NCBI GenBank assembly: GCA_050084515.1
Contig: CM114271.1
Location: forward strand, 35,216,001-35,280,000
DNA: 64,000 nt
Direction of reading: 5' to 3'
Origin: Blasia pusilla
Lineage: Eukaryota
Numbering within the stretch: the first letter of the stretch is position 1; the number at the start of each line of letters is the position of its first letter. A program made the translations under genes and the position numbers. The notes beneath the pieces are model-generated. The model was not told the origin of the DNA and made no database searches. It was given only the letters and a program-made list of their open reading frames with translations. This document shows positions 52,031 to 64,000 of this stretch, piece after piece.

Positions 52031-53351
52031 GTGTTCAAAAAACGAAGTCTTAGGAAAGAAGCATATGGTTTTGTTTGAAAATCAAAAAAATTACAAAATG
52101 CCAACGAAAATGTGACTAGGGGAAAAATACTATGTGAGGCTTGAGGTAGATAGTGGGCTACTACTACATTAATATTCCATTCCTGTCCTCCGTGTAAAAG
52201 GGCATGATATGATACTTTCCCTTTCCATTCTTGTCCCTCATTTTTTTCTTTCTACATTTAATAGGGGTTCCTTTACATTCAATAGGTTTGTATTTTGCTT
52301 ATCTAGCCATCCCTTGATATTTTTGTAGGATTTATCAAGAAGTATACCTTAATGGGAAATATTCAAATGCATTTTCTTTCCTACAAATGGAAACTACCGC
52401 ATATGAAGCATAGTGATTTACGATCACACTCATTACTTGGAGGATCGCTTTCATATGTAGACTAGATACAATTGCACTATATGCATAGATTATATAATTA
52501 TATAATATCAATTCAAGTAGATCAAAGTTTGGTCATGGATACGTGTAGAATTTTGATTAAGAATCTTTCTTCTCTTTAGACTAACACCCTACCAAATGTA
52601 AGGTGTTTTTAGCCTATTTTCTTAACCTAAACTTTTTAAGGGGGGATAGCTTCCTCATTTGTACCTCTTTGTTTCACATATGGCCACAAAATGGTCTCAT
52701 GCAAGATAAGACTTATCTTGCATCTTAGTTAGATAGGTAGGTAGGAGTGTGGGTTTTTCAAAATGAAAAAAAGGGAAGAAAAAATAGACTTGAACTAAGA
52801 TGGTGAGAAGTATGGAATAGAGGAGAAAATAGAGGAAGATAAGGGTGATCGAGACTTTTTCAATTCAAATCTAAATTATAATGGGACAATGCATGTTTAC
52901 TTATAGGACAATATGGGATTAGGAAAGAGGATTGAAGGTTTTTTTTAATAGAAAGATGAAGTTGGGGATCCTCGAAATTCAATGAAGAGATGGAGAAAGA
53001 GATTTTAAAATAAAAGATAGTTGAACAAGGAAGAGAAAGTGTGTGAATATGACTAAAAAGAAGGAAGTCAAGATTTGTTTCCAATCATGCATTGTACAAG
53101 TATGCCGACTAGGAATAAGAAGGAGGAACTTAATCATCTTAACAATGTGACCAATGTCATTGGCTTGGCACATCTTTATAATTAAAAGAGGATGGGGTTA
53201 GAGAAACCCTTCTCTGATGTTGACACATGTCCTTTTAAGGTTCTTCTATTGTCAGCACATGTATTTTTAAGGCTCTTCTATTGTTGATGTTTGTCATTCA
53301 ATGGTAATTAAACTTAGTCTAAGAGGAAAAAGAAAGTTATCACCGTGTCAT

Positions 53352-53383
53352 CTGTGCATCGCACGGGCAATATATATACAAGT
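53352..53383 (+). mobile_element. Probable Helitron 3' terminus
   Basis: Hairpin CTGTGCATCGCACGG followed ~12 nt later by CAAG|T, a degenerate CTAG|T. Confidence 0.45.
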
Positions 53384-54051
53384 ATCAAGATATGCCAAGA
53401 CGTATTAAGAGCCTCAATGAAGACACTTAAGGGTTTAAGGAAATTAAAATAGGATTAAATAATACAGTAGAGAAGCTTATGGAGTCTTGAATCGTGACAA
53501 GTTTGTTTTCTCACATTGACTTGAAATTATAGGTTGAGCAAAGATGCATATCCAATGTGTAAATTTAAAGAAAAATAATTGCTTCGATCAAGATTTTACC
53601 ATAGATATAGAAAACCAAAATTGGTTAAAATTATAAGACTATTGATGTCAAAAATACAAGTTCTTACTTTCTACGGTTCTTTTCTCTTTGCCAAAAATTC
53701 CAATTATGACTAAGAGTATTTTTTGGAAGGTGTATATTTGAAATAGACTTTTTCCTATCCAACTTTCATACTTAGAAATTAACTAAAGTCTTTATTTCTA
53801 AAATATAAACAAGAAAGCTTTGAAAAGTGAGGGCAAGAAAACCTCGCACTTGGTTTTGTGATACTCGACATAAACCTAGTGTGCATAAATAGAACCCACA
53901 TTTCAAGTTTGACATTATTAGTAATTAATCCATGTATTTCATTTTTCATACAACATGACACCTAAAATTTATATTGTAGGAGAATAGTTTTAAAACCACA
54001 AAGGGGAGGCATAAGATACTACATTAAAGTAGTGGTACTCTTGATATTTCT

Positions 54052-55480
54052 TCATTCCCAATATGGGGAAGAGTCAAAAGCTATAGGATAGCCTTTGGTA
54101 CACTTTTTAGTATGTTTATCCATATATGGTGCATTTGGATTTAACGGTCCATATGGACCGTGAACCATGCAATTAGCAATAGTAGTATACAACCTTGGGT
54201 GAGTAGCCTGATCTAGAATTTCTGCTGAAATGATACGATCGTAATCAGAAGTGGTACGTGGTTTATCATCATGACCTAAAATACTAAGAATGTGCACATG
54301 TGGCAAACCTCTTTTTTGAATTCCATCACATGGATGCATCGAACAACTCTACCCAATATTTTCTTGTCGATGATAAGTCGCAATAACTCCTTCTTTTTCT
54401 TCTCAAAGACCCGCACACCCAAATCAGGTCGATCAGCAACTGATTGACCAAGTAATAAGGCTGAAGTAATTTCCTCCCACTTAGGATTGCATGTCATGGT
54501 CAAAAAATAGTTGGGCTTCCCCAAGTGTCTCACAATTACCATTTCATCTTGATACAATTGATGCAAATGAAGTGGCCCTCCGGTAAAAGAAGACGGTAAT
54601 ACAACGCGTCTCCCAAATCTCCTACTATCCACATCACGTCGATGCATGGCATCCTTCAAACCTTGGTATAATTCAGCTCTTAACTCCTTTTGATATAAGC
54701 GGATCCATAATAATCTTTGTATTTCTATAGTAGCATAAAGATCAACCATATATTCTTGAGTAAGTGGACCAAATCGCAATAAGCGATTGTCATTTTCACC
54801 TCCAATCCACGTTTGAAGTCGAAAACATCCAAACTACAAGGCCGTAATACTCTTTGACCTTCTTTCCTCAATATTATCACCATCAAATCTTCCCTCATGG
54901 TTACAATCATCTGAAGGTTCAATATGTCCATCCTTCCCATGAATAGCACGACCTAGTCGTTCGGGTCTTTGAGTCCCTTCAAGTCTTCCAAATGGTATTC
55001 CCGGATGCCAACCTGCTTCACCATAGACAAATAATAGAACAAAGTGTAATGGAATATATGCTCCATTCAAATCAGATATGTGTCTTACTCCTCCTCCACG
55101 TAGTCGTACAATGATATCATGATGGTCAACGTGTTCACTCCCATCACCTGGTAAAATAGCCGCAACCTCGGAAGTAGTCAATAAATTCTAATGCTTTGCA
55201 TTGAGACCTCTCTTACTTGCCTTGAGAATGATCCGCATATTTAGATCAATTGCTTCATATGCCATATGACGAAAGATCTTCACATATAGATTACAGTCAT
55301 GCAACATGTCTTGTAGCCCTTCCAAGATGTATATGTTAAGATCAATGGATCTAGACATAACTCTTCCACGATTCTCCAATACATTAGCGATATCATGAAT
55401 AAAAATTTGAGCAAATTGGGGATGCCCCCCAATATCAGGGTGTAAGGGTCCAATAGAATGATAGTTTGGTTCCCCTCGGC
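54052..55480 (-). mobile_element. Helitron Rep (HUH) pseudogene fragment
   Basis: SEVAAILPG, YIPLHFVLLF.YGEAGWH, VVLPSSFTGGP, FLTMTCNPKWEEI and QKRGLPHVHIL. Confidence 0.92.
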
Positions 55481-55674
55481 ATATTTTAGGGTTTCACTAT
55501 GATCGTCTGATTATGAAGGTTTTTCTTAGAGCCATATATTTCAAATTATGTACTCGAGGCTATTACGATCGTGAAGAGACATCCGATCCCTTGAAGGCTC
55601 ATTGAAACGTTGTTTTGAGCCTCCTCGCCATTGTGTTTAAATGCTTCCAAATTTAAAACCTCTGATCAGACAGA

Positions 55675-56985
55675 TGTCACATCTTTTAGGATAGATCAGT
55701 GAGATCTAGTAGAGCGCCTTCGTGAGTAGTGGAGGACAAACTCAGTAGGTTGAGGATGACCAACTAAGGCCCCGGAAAACATGAGAGAGCAGGTTTCCCG
55801 TTCATTTCGGCTCATTTGGAGCCATATTGAGAAACTTACTATTTTAGGTAAGTACCATTTTGCATATATGATCAACTTTCTATTTTTATAAGTGGCCTTT
55901 GACCTCCTACATCAAGTCAAGAGCCAAGGAGGTGACTTGGGAGCATAGGTTACCATGGAGAGAGCTTGGAAGAGGGGAGGGGTATACCTCAAGGAGAGAG
56001 AGCTTGAGAGCTCATTCTCTCTTTGTTGAACCTCTTGGCATGAGGCGACGGAGCTATGGTCTTGCTTGACATTAGAAGAGTGGGTTTGGTTTGACATTGA
56101 GAGAGACATGTGAGAGTGCACACATGGGAGAACTATGATGTTGTATGAGAGATGGGATCTTATTTTACAAAGAGAGAATGAGTGAGTGAGAGAGCTTCAT
56201 GGGGGAGCTCGTTGGTCACTCGCTGGTTTCGCAGGATGGGGATTGTATTCCCCATTTAGCGGTTGATGGGAGTGCTTATCGGAGCAAGAGCCGCTTACTT
56301 GTGATGTTTCCTTTGCCGATTTTTCGTGTGGACAAGTGGCGCGCGGAAGCGCCTCCCAATTTTTGATAGGGATTGAGTATGGGGGTGGGTTGCCCCATGC
56401 CGGTGCTCTTGGGAGCACGATGTAACTTGCTGATTTGTATTTTTATAGGTTTTATATTCTCGTTGGGAGAAATCAGCACGGAAGCGTTGCCGAATTTTGT
56501 GTAGGAGAAAGAGATATTGGGCTTTACAACAATCCCCGTCACTTTTTACTAGAATGTCCGATTCAAAATATTTTTTGACATTATCGTAGATTGTGAAGCT
56601 TTGCACGCTATGCAATAGATGGTGCACAATTTGAAGTTGTGAGCAAAAATTTATGGTCATCTTGCAAAACTGCCATTGCTAGGAATTTTTTAGGGTTAAA
56701 TTGTTCAAACCCTAAACCATCCGCCATGCCGGCGGCGGCCGTCGCCGTCATAGTCACCGTCAACGGTCCGCCATCGAGAGTCAACCGTCATTGTCAACGG
56801 TCAACCATCACCATCACCGGTGGGCTGTCACCATCAACGGTCAACGGTCACCGTCCAGTGTCCACCATCGGCCGCTGCCGCCGCCTAGCGGTGATCAGAG
56901 CCGCGTTCGTCCGTTGTCCACCTTTTGGTTGCCATTGCCACCCATTACGGAGTGGAGGGTCTTCCACGACCCTCCACTCTTTGTC
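55675..56985 (+). mobile_element. Truncated 5' end of another copy of the element-1 family (A1 55675-~56165 plus 5' internal region)
   Basis: Starts TGTCACATC. It is a diverged reverse-complement match to 500-1832, and no B follows A. Confidence 0.85.
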
Positions 56986-58434
56986 GTCGCACTCTCGTAC
57001 GTGAAAGTTTTACCCCTTTTTCATGTTTACACTACTACATTCCTATCCGTTTTGCAAATTGCACAAGGTGCAATAAACTTGCATTGAAATCCCAATGAAC
57101 CAAAAATTATTATTGTAAAAGTATGGATTTCAAACTCTTGCAATTTAGTCGCAAGATGCTCATAAGTGACTCACAAAATTTTCAAAAATTTGCTAGTCAT
57201 TTTCAGGTGATTGCGAGTTGAAATCGTTTCAAAAAATATGTGAGAAAATTCTCCATAAAAAAACTCAAGACTTAACTCCACAATATAAAGAAACCAATTG
57301 CAACGAGAGGTAGTCTCGGAAAGTTGGGAGGAAAAGTGAAAATATAGTGATTTAGAGGCTAAAGGGAAATTTATTGGCAAAGTTTAGTCGTTCGCAAGTG
57401 TCACAAACGTAGAAAAAAGATTCACTAGGTGATGAACATGCGTCTCTCATTCCTAGTTATATTAGTATCTTTTCCTTCGTCCTTGCAAATCAAAAAGTGG
57501 AAGAGTAGTTGATGGTATGATTCTTGTGTTTTATGAAATATTTTTTACCTTTTTTCTTTGAGTAGCTTTTTTGTGTTTCAATTGGCTAAAGAGACAATGA
57601 TAAATAATAATGTAATAACTAAATAGCTCTTTTGGTTTTGGAAGATTTCCCATTTTTGGTGTTGGAAGCCTTTCCTCAATCCCAACTAGTAATATAATAA
57701 ATTGTATAGTTTCCATGAGATCCTGCCCTAAGTGCAAATGGAAGTGATGTGAATGGGCACTTGTGACAAGTGTCAACTATTACAAATGCCTATTGGTATT
57801 AAATGGTGAAAATGGATTGCTGAAATTCAACCATTTGTTATAAGAAATAATTAATCTATATGTATAACACTAGGGAAAGTGATATAATTAGATGATAGAG
57901 CTCTTGATTGGGAATTAAGGCGGTCCACGTTTGAATATGCTAGTTAGAGTCAATTTTGTTAAAATATGTTAGAGTGCTATTTGCACAAACCTTGCCCATT
58001 AAATGTTTACATAAGGCCGCTTATCTATATTATTCTTATAGAGTTCCTTCTTGATTTGCCAACACCTGTTTGGTTGACACATAGCAAATGGGCAGCAAGA
58101 AAAAATATTTTCCATACTATGAGCAACATGAAAGAAATTTTGAATTTGTGTGAGCATACTTAGTTCCTTCACTCCTAAGCATGGCACAACCTATACACCA
58201 GCATCTTGTTATAATGGGAACTAGTATAATACCCGTTTGTTAATTTGAACTCAACGACGGCTTGTTCCAATGTCATCGCGGGAACATCCCATGATGTATA
58301 CGTGTCATCACCTCAAACCCCGTCCTCTTTTAATTATATAGATGGGAGATCTCTTTTTGTAAATGATACAATAAAATTTTTCCAAGAACAAATTATCCCT
58401 CCTATGTAATGCATATAAAATGAGAAATTTCTAC

Positions 58435-58620
58435 ATTAGACTTTCTTCAAAATCTGTGGGAATATGATTATTTGTATACTACAACTACAAAATGAGAGAT
58501 TTTTCTTCAAAATCTGTGGGAATATGATTATTCGTATACAAGTTACTAACAAATGAAAGTGAGTTTTCTTCAAATTTTGAGGGAACATGAGTTTTGGTGC
58601 ACTAGTTACTACCAAATGTG
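58435..58620. repeat. ~60-bp tandem repeat, three units
   Basis: TTTCTTCAAAATCTGTGGGAATATGATTATT occurs twice exactly, plus one diverged copy. Confidence 0.85.
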
Positions 58621-59151
58621 AGTGGACGGCTCCCAATTGGAAGTTTCCACAACCCTATAAATATATCTTGAGACGCAGAATTCTAAGTGACGTGATGGAT
58701 TTGTGAGCGCCGGAGGAATTACGAATTCGTTCCACATGAATGAGAGCGAGCAATCTAAAAATCAAGCAAGCGATATCAATCACTGACGCTGCGGGGAGGA
58801 GGTAGATCAAAGCAAGCAAGTGTGTGAAGCTAATATGACGCAGTGGGGAAGAGGTGAATCAAACAAAGCAAACGAGCTCTGTCAATCAACGACGCAGTGG
58901 ACTGGGGGTTCAGGACAGTGTGAGCGAGAAAAGATGTCGATCGCAGACTTGAGGAAGCCTGTAATTTAATTTCTCGGATAAGCCTTAAATTTCTGCTAGG
59001 TTTAGGACATGGCGGACAGGTGAGAGAGAGCGAGAGCGGGCTGGTGCTGGTGCTTGAGGAGGTGGTGTACGGAGCGCAATTGGAAGTGGTAAGGAGCGAG
59101 GAGAGGGGAAGAGTGTGTGGATGCGTGGTTGGCAGAGGATGTGCGTGTGGG

Positions 59152-61077
59152 ATGAAGAAAGGGAAGAATTTCGACAAGCAAGAGGTGGAGTATAAGCAGA
59201 AAGCCGGCACAGCATGGAGTCATTCGTATCTGAATCAGAAACCGTGGCATCCGCTGTCCTATCCCAACCAGCGGCGCAAATGGATAGCAGAGCAGTCTCA
59301 TGCTCAACGCCAGCAGCAAGCAGCAGAAGTTGCCCACGAGGTTGGTTCTCGCCGTCTACTTTCTCAGCCGGGTCTGCTTTCCGCTCTGTCCTATCTCCTA
59401 TGTAGCAATGAGAAAAATACTGGAGTCCAGAGTGTGTGTGGACAAGAACGGATTTGGTGGGAATTTTGATTTGCACTATTCAATCCTTAGTCTAGTTATA
59501 CTCACAGTATCTCTTCCGGGCAGTCAAGAAGGTCTCCGAAACAAATTCAAACAAATCCTCGGCTTACTTGGTCCATTAATGATGATGGTCTTTCCTCCCA
59601 AGTCAAAGGGACTCAGCAAGAACTTCTAATGCCGTTGAGAGCATTCCCGTTCGAAGAACCAAAGGGCTAACTTAATATTTTCTTTTGGTTTCGCCGCAGT
59701 TCGCCAAGGAGCAGGAATTCTTCCGTCAGACGTCCCAAATGACGAAGAAGGAGAAAGAGAAGGTACTTCTCGTTGTTCCTTTCTTCTTGTAGTTCTGAAT
59801 TTCAATTAGCTCCTTCTTATCGTTTCTCTCTGTGTTTGTCGCTCTTTCCTTCCCGCATGCGTCTTGTTTACTATTTAGGGCAGATGGTTTAGGTACTTCC
59901 GAAATGTGCAATCCCGGGATGGAATAGTCCATCTCCGTCAGAGACGTCAAATGGTATGTTTCATTCATGGGGGTGTATTTTCATAAGCAAATGTCAGAGT
60001 AGCACTCGTTTACTATTGTTGAAGACTGGTGTATATTTTGGTTACACCCTGGGGCCTGTGCATGCTAGATGGAAGCAATGCAAGCAGTGAGCTTTATGTA
60101 CATACGACCCCCAGGCTACAATGCAGAGGCTGCACGAGCAGCAGAAATTGCAGATGAGAAGAAGAGGCTGGCTCTAACAGCTACCACTCCTACTGACAGC
60201 AATGCTGAACAGGGAGCTCCTCAAGGGTTTGTTGTCTCAATTCCGGTTGCACTCAAAGCTCATACTGTCGTGCATCTTGAAATAAGATGTGCATATGTTT
60301 GTACTCATTCACTGTCCAACTTGTGGATTATTTCAGAGACACTAGCACAAGTGGGCAAGAGACTCGGAAGGCCCGTGTGAAAGATGTGTTTGGCAGGACT
60401 CTGCCCACTGCAGAAGAATTTCCAGCTTTGAAAAACGCTCCAAGGCAAGTTTTTCTGTGAAATGATCTTTTTCATGGAAAGATGTGCACCTACATTGAAT
60501 TTTGCGAGTCAATTTGTGGGATGTTTCAATCATACTTCAGGTCATACTTTTTAACTTCTTCGGTTAATGCACATGATTTCTTGTTATAGAGTTGTAACTT
60601 CATGCAATGCTCCTTGAAGTTGGTATTCGGATCTTCATGTCGTAGAGTTGCTTGCCAAAGTTTTTCACTTGGCCTGCTCTAGTACCTCTGATTTTGCTAC
60701 TTGAAAGTCTCATTCAGAGGTTCAAGTCAATGTTGGCAGTCTGTTCACAGGATTGTAAAGTAGCATCATTACACGTGATGCATGGAGTTCACTCAAGGCA
60801 GAAAGTGTAGCTTTGTGGGTGCGTTTTCACCAGCAATCACTCTGATGAGAGATAGCTGTTCGTGCAAACTTGCAGGCTAGATACTGGTGCTCCAGTCAGA
60901 GTGAAGCCCTTTGCCATAGAAATTAGAAATGTGAAGTGTGCAAGGTGTGGAGCTTTCGGCCATCAAAGTGGAGACCGAGAGTGCCCTTTGAAGGATGTGA
61001 TGATGCCTAATGAAGAGGCTCGTTTAAAAAGAGATGATCCTCTCAATGTGATTCTGGCTCAGACTGCTACTGATGAG
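59152..61077 (+). CDS. CIR_N (CBF1-interacting co-repressor N-terminal)/CCHC zinc-knuckle protein, 5' part; exons 59152-59340, 59700-59762, 60069-60226, 60337-60444, 60876-61077; continues beyond the window
   Basis: AWSHSYLNQKPWHPLSYPNQRRKWIAEQ, VSFMYIRPPGYN, KDVFGRTLPT.EEF..LKNAPR, IRNVKCARCGAFGHQSGDRECP. Splice phases are consistent; intron 4 is GC-AG. Confidence 0.9.
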
Positions 61078-61295
61078 GTAACTAGTCTCCCACTCACACT
61101 TGACTTCTGTTCAATATGAACTGTTGCAAGCTAGGAACCTGGCTGATTTCCTGGAATGGCTGAGCTTTCAACCAGTTAATCGGTATGGTGCGTGAGTCCA
61201 AGTGACAAGGCTCTTGAACTTCTAGCTGGTAGTGATATTGCCAAACAAGACTAATTGGTCACAGGGCTTCACTTTTCTGGATTGTATACTCTGCA

Positions 61296-61622
61296 TGTGA
61301 GAATTGCGGAATGAATTGAAATTGCGTTTGTACTCTCTGTGTTCTCTGTATTGATAGATTGAAAAGCTGATACATAAGTAGTAAAGTCTGCTCTAAACTA
61401 AGAGCCCTAATCAAAAGACGTGACGGTAACTGTGTCACTTCAGAAATGTCTCATAGCTATGTATCATTTCGCAAGATGAAACGTTACTAGCAGTAATCAA
61501 TGGTCATAAACAGAACATTGATCCCAATCTAATCTAGATCGTTTGTATGGATTGATCCGTGTGATCAATTCTTGGATCAGTACTCCGATGATTTGTTTCG
61601 CTGGACTAATTGATTTCCTACA
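61296..61622 (-). repeat. 3' LTR of the Copia element
   Basis: On the minus strand, the PPT TGAGTGGGAG is followed by TGTAGGAA (61622), and the repeat ends TTCTCACA (61296). The partner LTR is outside the window, so the left boundary is inferred. Confidence 0.65.
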
Positions 61623-64000
61623 CTCCCACTCAGGGGAACAAATCAGCCATTTTCATTACTAGTTAACCCTAGAGATTTAGTATGTTTCTGATGAGGTCCT
61701 TTCTGTAAACCCTTAGTAAAACTGTCTGCAGTCATCTCTGCAGTTGAAATATAGGTCAAAATAATTTCGCCACTTGATACTTGATCTTTGATATAGTGGT
61801 ATTGAATGTCGATGTGTTTGGTGCGGTCGTGATGTTTTGTAGAACTGACCAAAGCAATAGCACTTTGGTTGTCACAGAAGATCTCAGTTATCTTCTGAGC
61901 AAAACCAATTTAGTAAAGTAATCTTCTGATCCAAATAGCTTCAGTGCTAGTTTTAGTCATTGCAATGTACTCAGACTCGGTACTTGAAAGAGCAACTGAC
62001 TTTTATTTTAGCTTCACCAAGATCAGTCATTTCAAACTCCTGGCGGAGCTTCGTTTTGACAAAATGAAGCAGCGCAGAACTGGAGCTTGCGATGACAGTG
62101 TCATCCACGTAGAGAGCAAGGATCAGAAAATTGGAGTCCTTGTTCAGAATGTAAATATTAGAGTCAGCAGTGGTGCTGACAAAACCAATGTCTAGTAAAA
62201 CATAGTGACAGCGTTCATACCACATACGGGCTGATTGCTTCAAACCATAAATGGACCTTTCGAGAAAGCAGACCAAGTTATTATGGGGAACTGGCAAGCC
62301 TGGAGGAAGGGCCATGTAGATCTTGTGTTGCAGGAATCCATATAGAAAAGCAGCGATTACATCTAATTGATGTAAGTCCAGGTTGAAATAAGCAGTGATA
62401 GCAATTAGAATACGAAGAGATTGAAGTTTAACAGTAGGAGAAAAGGTCTCGACGTAATCAAGATCAGGAACTTGAGTAAATCCTTTAGCAACCAGACGGG
62501 CTTTGTACTTGTGGATCGTGCCATCCACATGAGGTTTAATTTTAAAAACCCAACGGCGGCCAACTGTGCTTTGATTAGGAGGAAGGGGAACCAAAGTCCA
62601 AGCCTTCATTCTAGCCATATTCTGAAGTTCAGCAGAAATGGCAGCCTTCCAATGTGAAGAGTCAGGTCCAGAGATAGCCTCTTCATAAGATTGGGGTTCA
62701 AGAAAAGAACTAGTAGAAGAGAGCAAGACCCAACGCTTCTCTGCAGCTCGCTTCTTGTTCTTCTCAGCTTCAATAAGTGCATCGTAATGCTCAACAGCCC
62801 GAGTAATGCGAGGACTTTTTCTTTGAGCAAGAGGAGTAGGAGCTCGTTGTCTTCTTTCATAGTAAAGATGGGTATGCCCATGACCAGGTACGGGGTGTGC
62901 AGTGGAAAAGACCGTTGGTGAAGGCATATCCTCTGGCTGTGGCGGACTTGAAAGAGGTTGAACTCCCACTGAAGATGACATGGAAGGAGAGGAGTTCCCA
63001 CTGAGGGAATAATCGGGGAATAGTAGCAGGAATAGGCAAGGAAGTTTGAGGATTAGGGGATGAGCGGAAAAATAGAGGATCAGATCTGATAGCCAGATCT
63101 TCTGCATCAGAAGAAGCGAAAGCTGGAGTGGTCTGAGCAGTCTAATCTTCAAGAACTACAGCATCACAGGAAAGAATGATAGTTTTGTCTCTCAGCCTCT
63201 CAAGACGCAAGGCTTTGCTTTGGTCACTGTAACCAAGGAAAATGCATTCCTCAGTGCGAAAATCCAACTTTGAATGAGGATCATTGATTTTAGCAAATGC
63301 AGGGCTTCCAAAAATACGAAGATGAGATAACACAGGTTTACGATTAAACCATAACTCATAGGGTGTTGTGGAAAGTGGCAATGCTTTGCTCGGAAGACGA
63401 TTTTGCAAATAAGTAGCAGTGACCATAGCTTCACCCCAATAAGTCTTGGGGAGAGCAGAATGGAAAAGCATAGAACGGACAGAATTAGCAAGAGTTCTGT
63501 TCTTACGTTCTGAAACACCATTTTGCTGTGGTGTGTGGGGAACAGTGAACTGCCTGGAGATTCCTCGAGAAGGGCAGAAGTCTAAGAAAGCAGATGACTT
63601 AAATTCCCCACCATTGTCAGATCGCAATGTCTGAATGCGTCGAGGTTGATGTTGTGTCTCTACATTAGCCACAAATTGAGTGATACGGGAAAAACCTTCG
63701 GATTTGTAATGGAGGAGGTAAACAGTAGTATACCGGGAGAAATCGTCAATAAAGACCATGAAATAACGAAAACCCAAATGAGTAGGGGGAAATAGGCCCG
63801 CAAATATCTGTATGAATTAATTCTAAAACAGTGAGAGCTCTATAGACTGGAGAAGTGTTAGAAAAAGGTTTGCGAGTCTGCTTGCCATGTAGGCAGGCAC
63901 GACATGAAGAAATCTGAGAGGGATTATGCTGTGGAAGTCCGTCAGCCATTTGCTGATTTTGAAGTTGAGAAACATGAGCGGCGCTGATGTGACCCAAACG
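61296..64000 (-). mobile_element. Ty1/Copia retrotransposon in an intron of the CIR_N gene, antisense, degenerate
   Basis: GAG-pre-integrase, integrase (IHTDICGP, LRSDNGGEF, QNGVSERKNR), RT (YKARLVAKG, YGLKQSAR, LYVDD) and RNase H (RTKHIDIQYH), in Copia order. The RT end is fused to RNase H by a deletion near 62010. Confidence 0.95.

Noticed and set aside
58435-58900. CRISPR-like repeat array
   Set aside because: Eukaryotic context, the inter-repeat segments resemble each other, and there are no cas genes.

Overview
Eukaryotic, transposon-rich plant genomic DNA, most likely from a non-seed land plant (inferred from the genes, not proven). Host genes: an intact three-exon CYP71-clan cytochrome P450 (3457-6007, -); a NO VEIN/sacsin-like gene with a degenerate GHKL ATPase (45094-50358, -); the first five exons of a CIR_N/zinc-knuckle gene (59152-61077, +, one GC-AG intron); and an orphan SCAR/WAVE first exon. 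The rest is nested TEs: CACTA, LINE, Helitron remnants, a Copia, and five pieces of one unusual Ty3/Gypsy lineage. That lineage is the main result. The complete copy (16469-26172, +, 4-bp TSD CGCT) encodes gag, protease, a DNMT3-like C5 cytosine methyltransferase, RT, RNase H, a DDE integrase and a C-terminal PHD finger. It lacks a normal LTR pair. Instead it has split direct repeats (A1 - internal - B1 - GC - A2 - B2) with a palindromic head-to-head junction, ...CGACA-GC-TGTC..., and no evident tRNA primer-binding site. A second, divergent family member (7422-~12915, -) has the same B-GC-A-B end but has lost the methyltransferase core. Two more 5' ends (1832, 55675) again show A without B. 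All protein family calls come from motif recognition by eye; no database searches were run.
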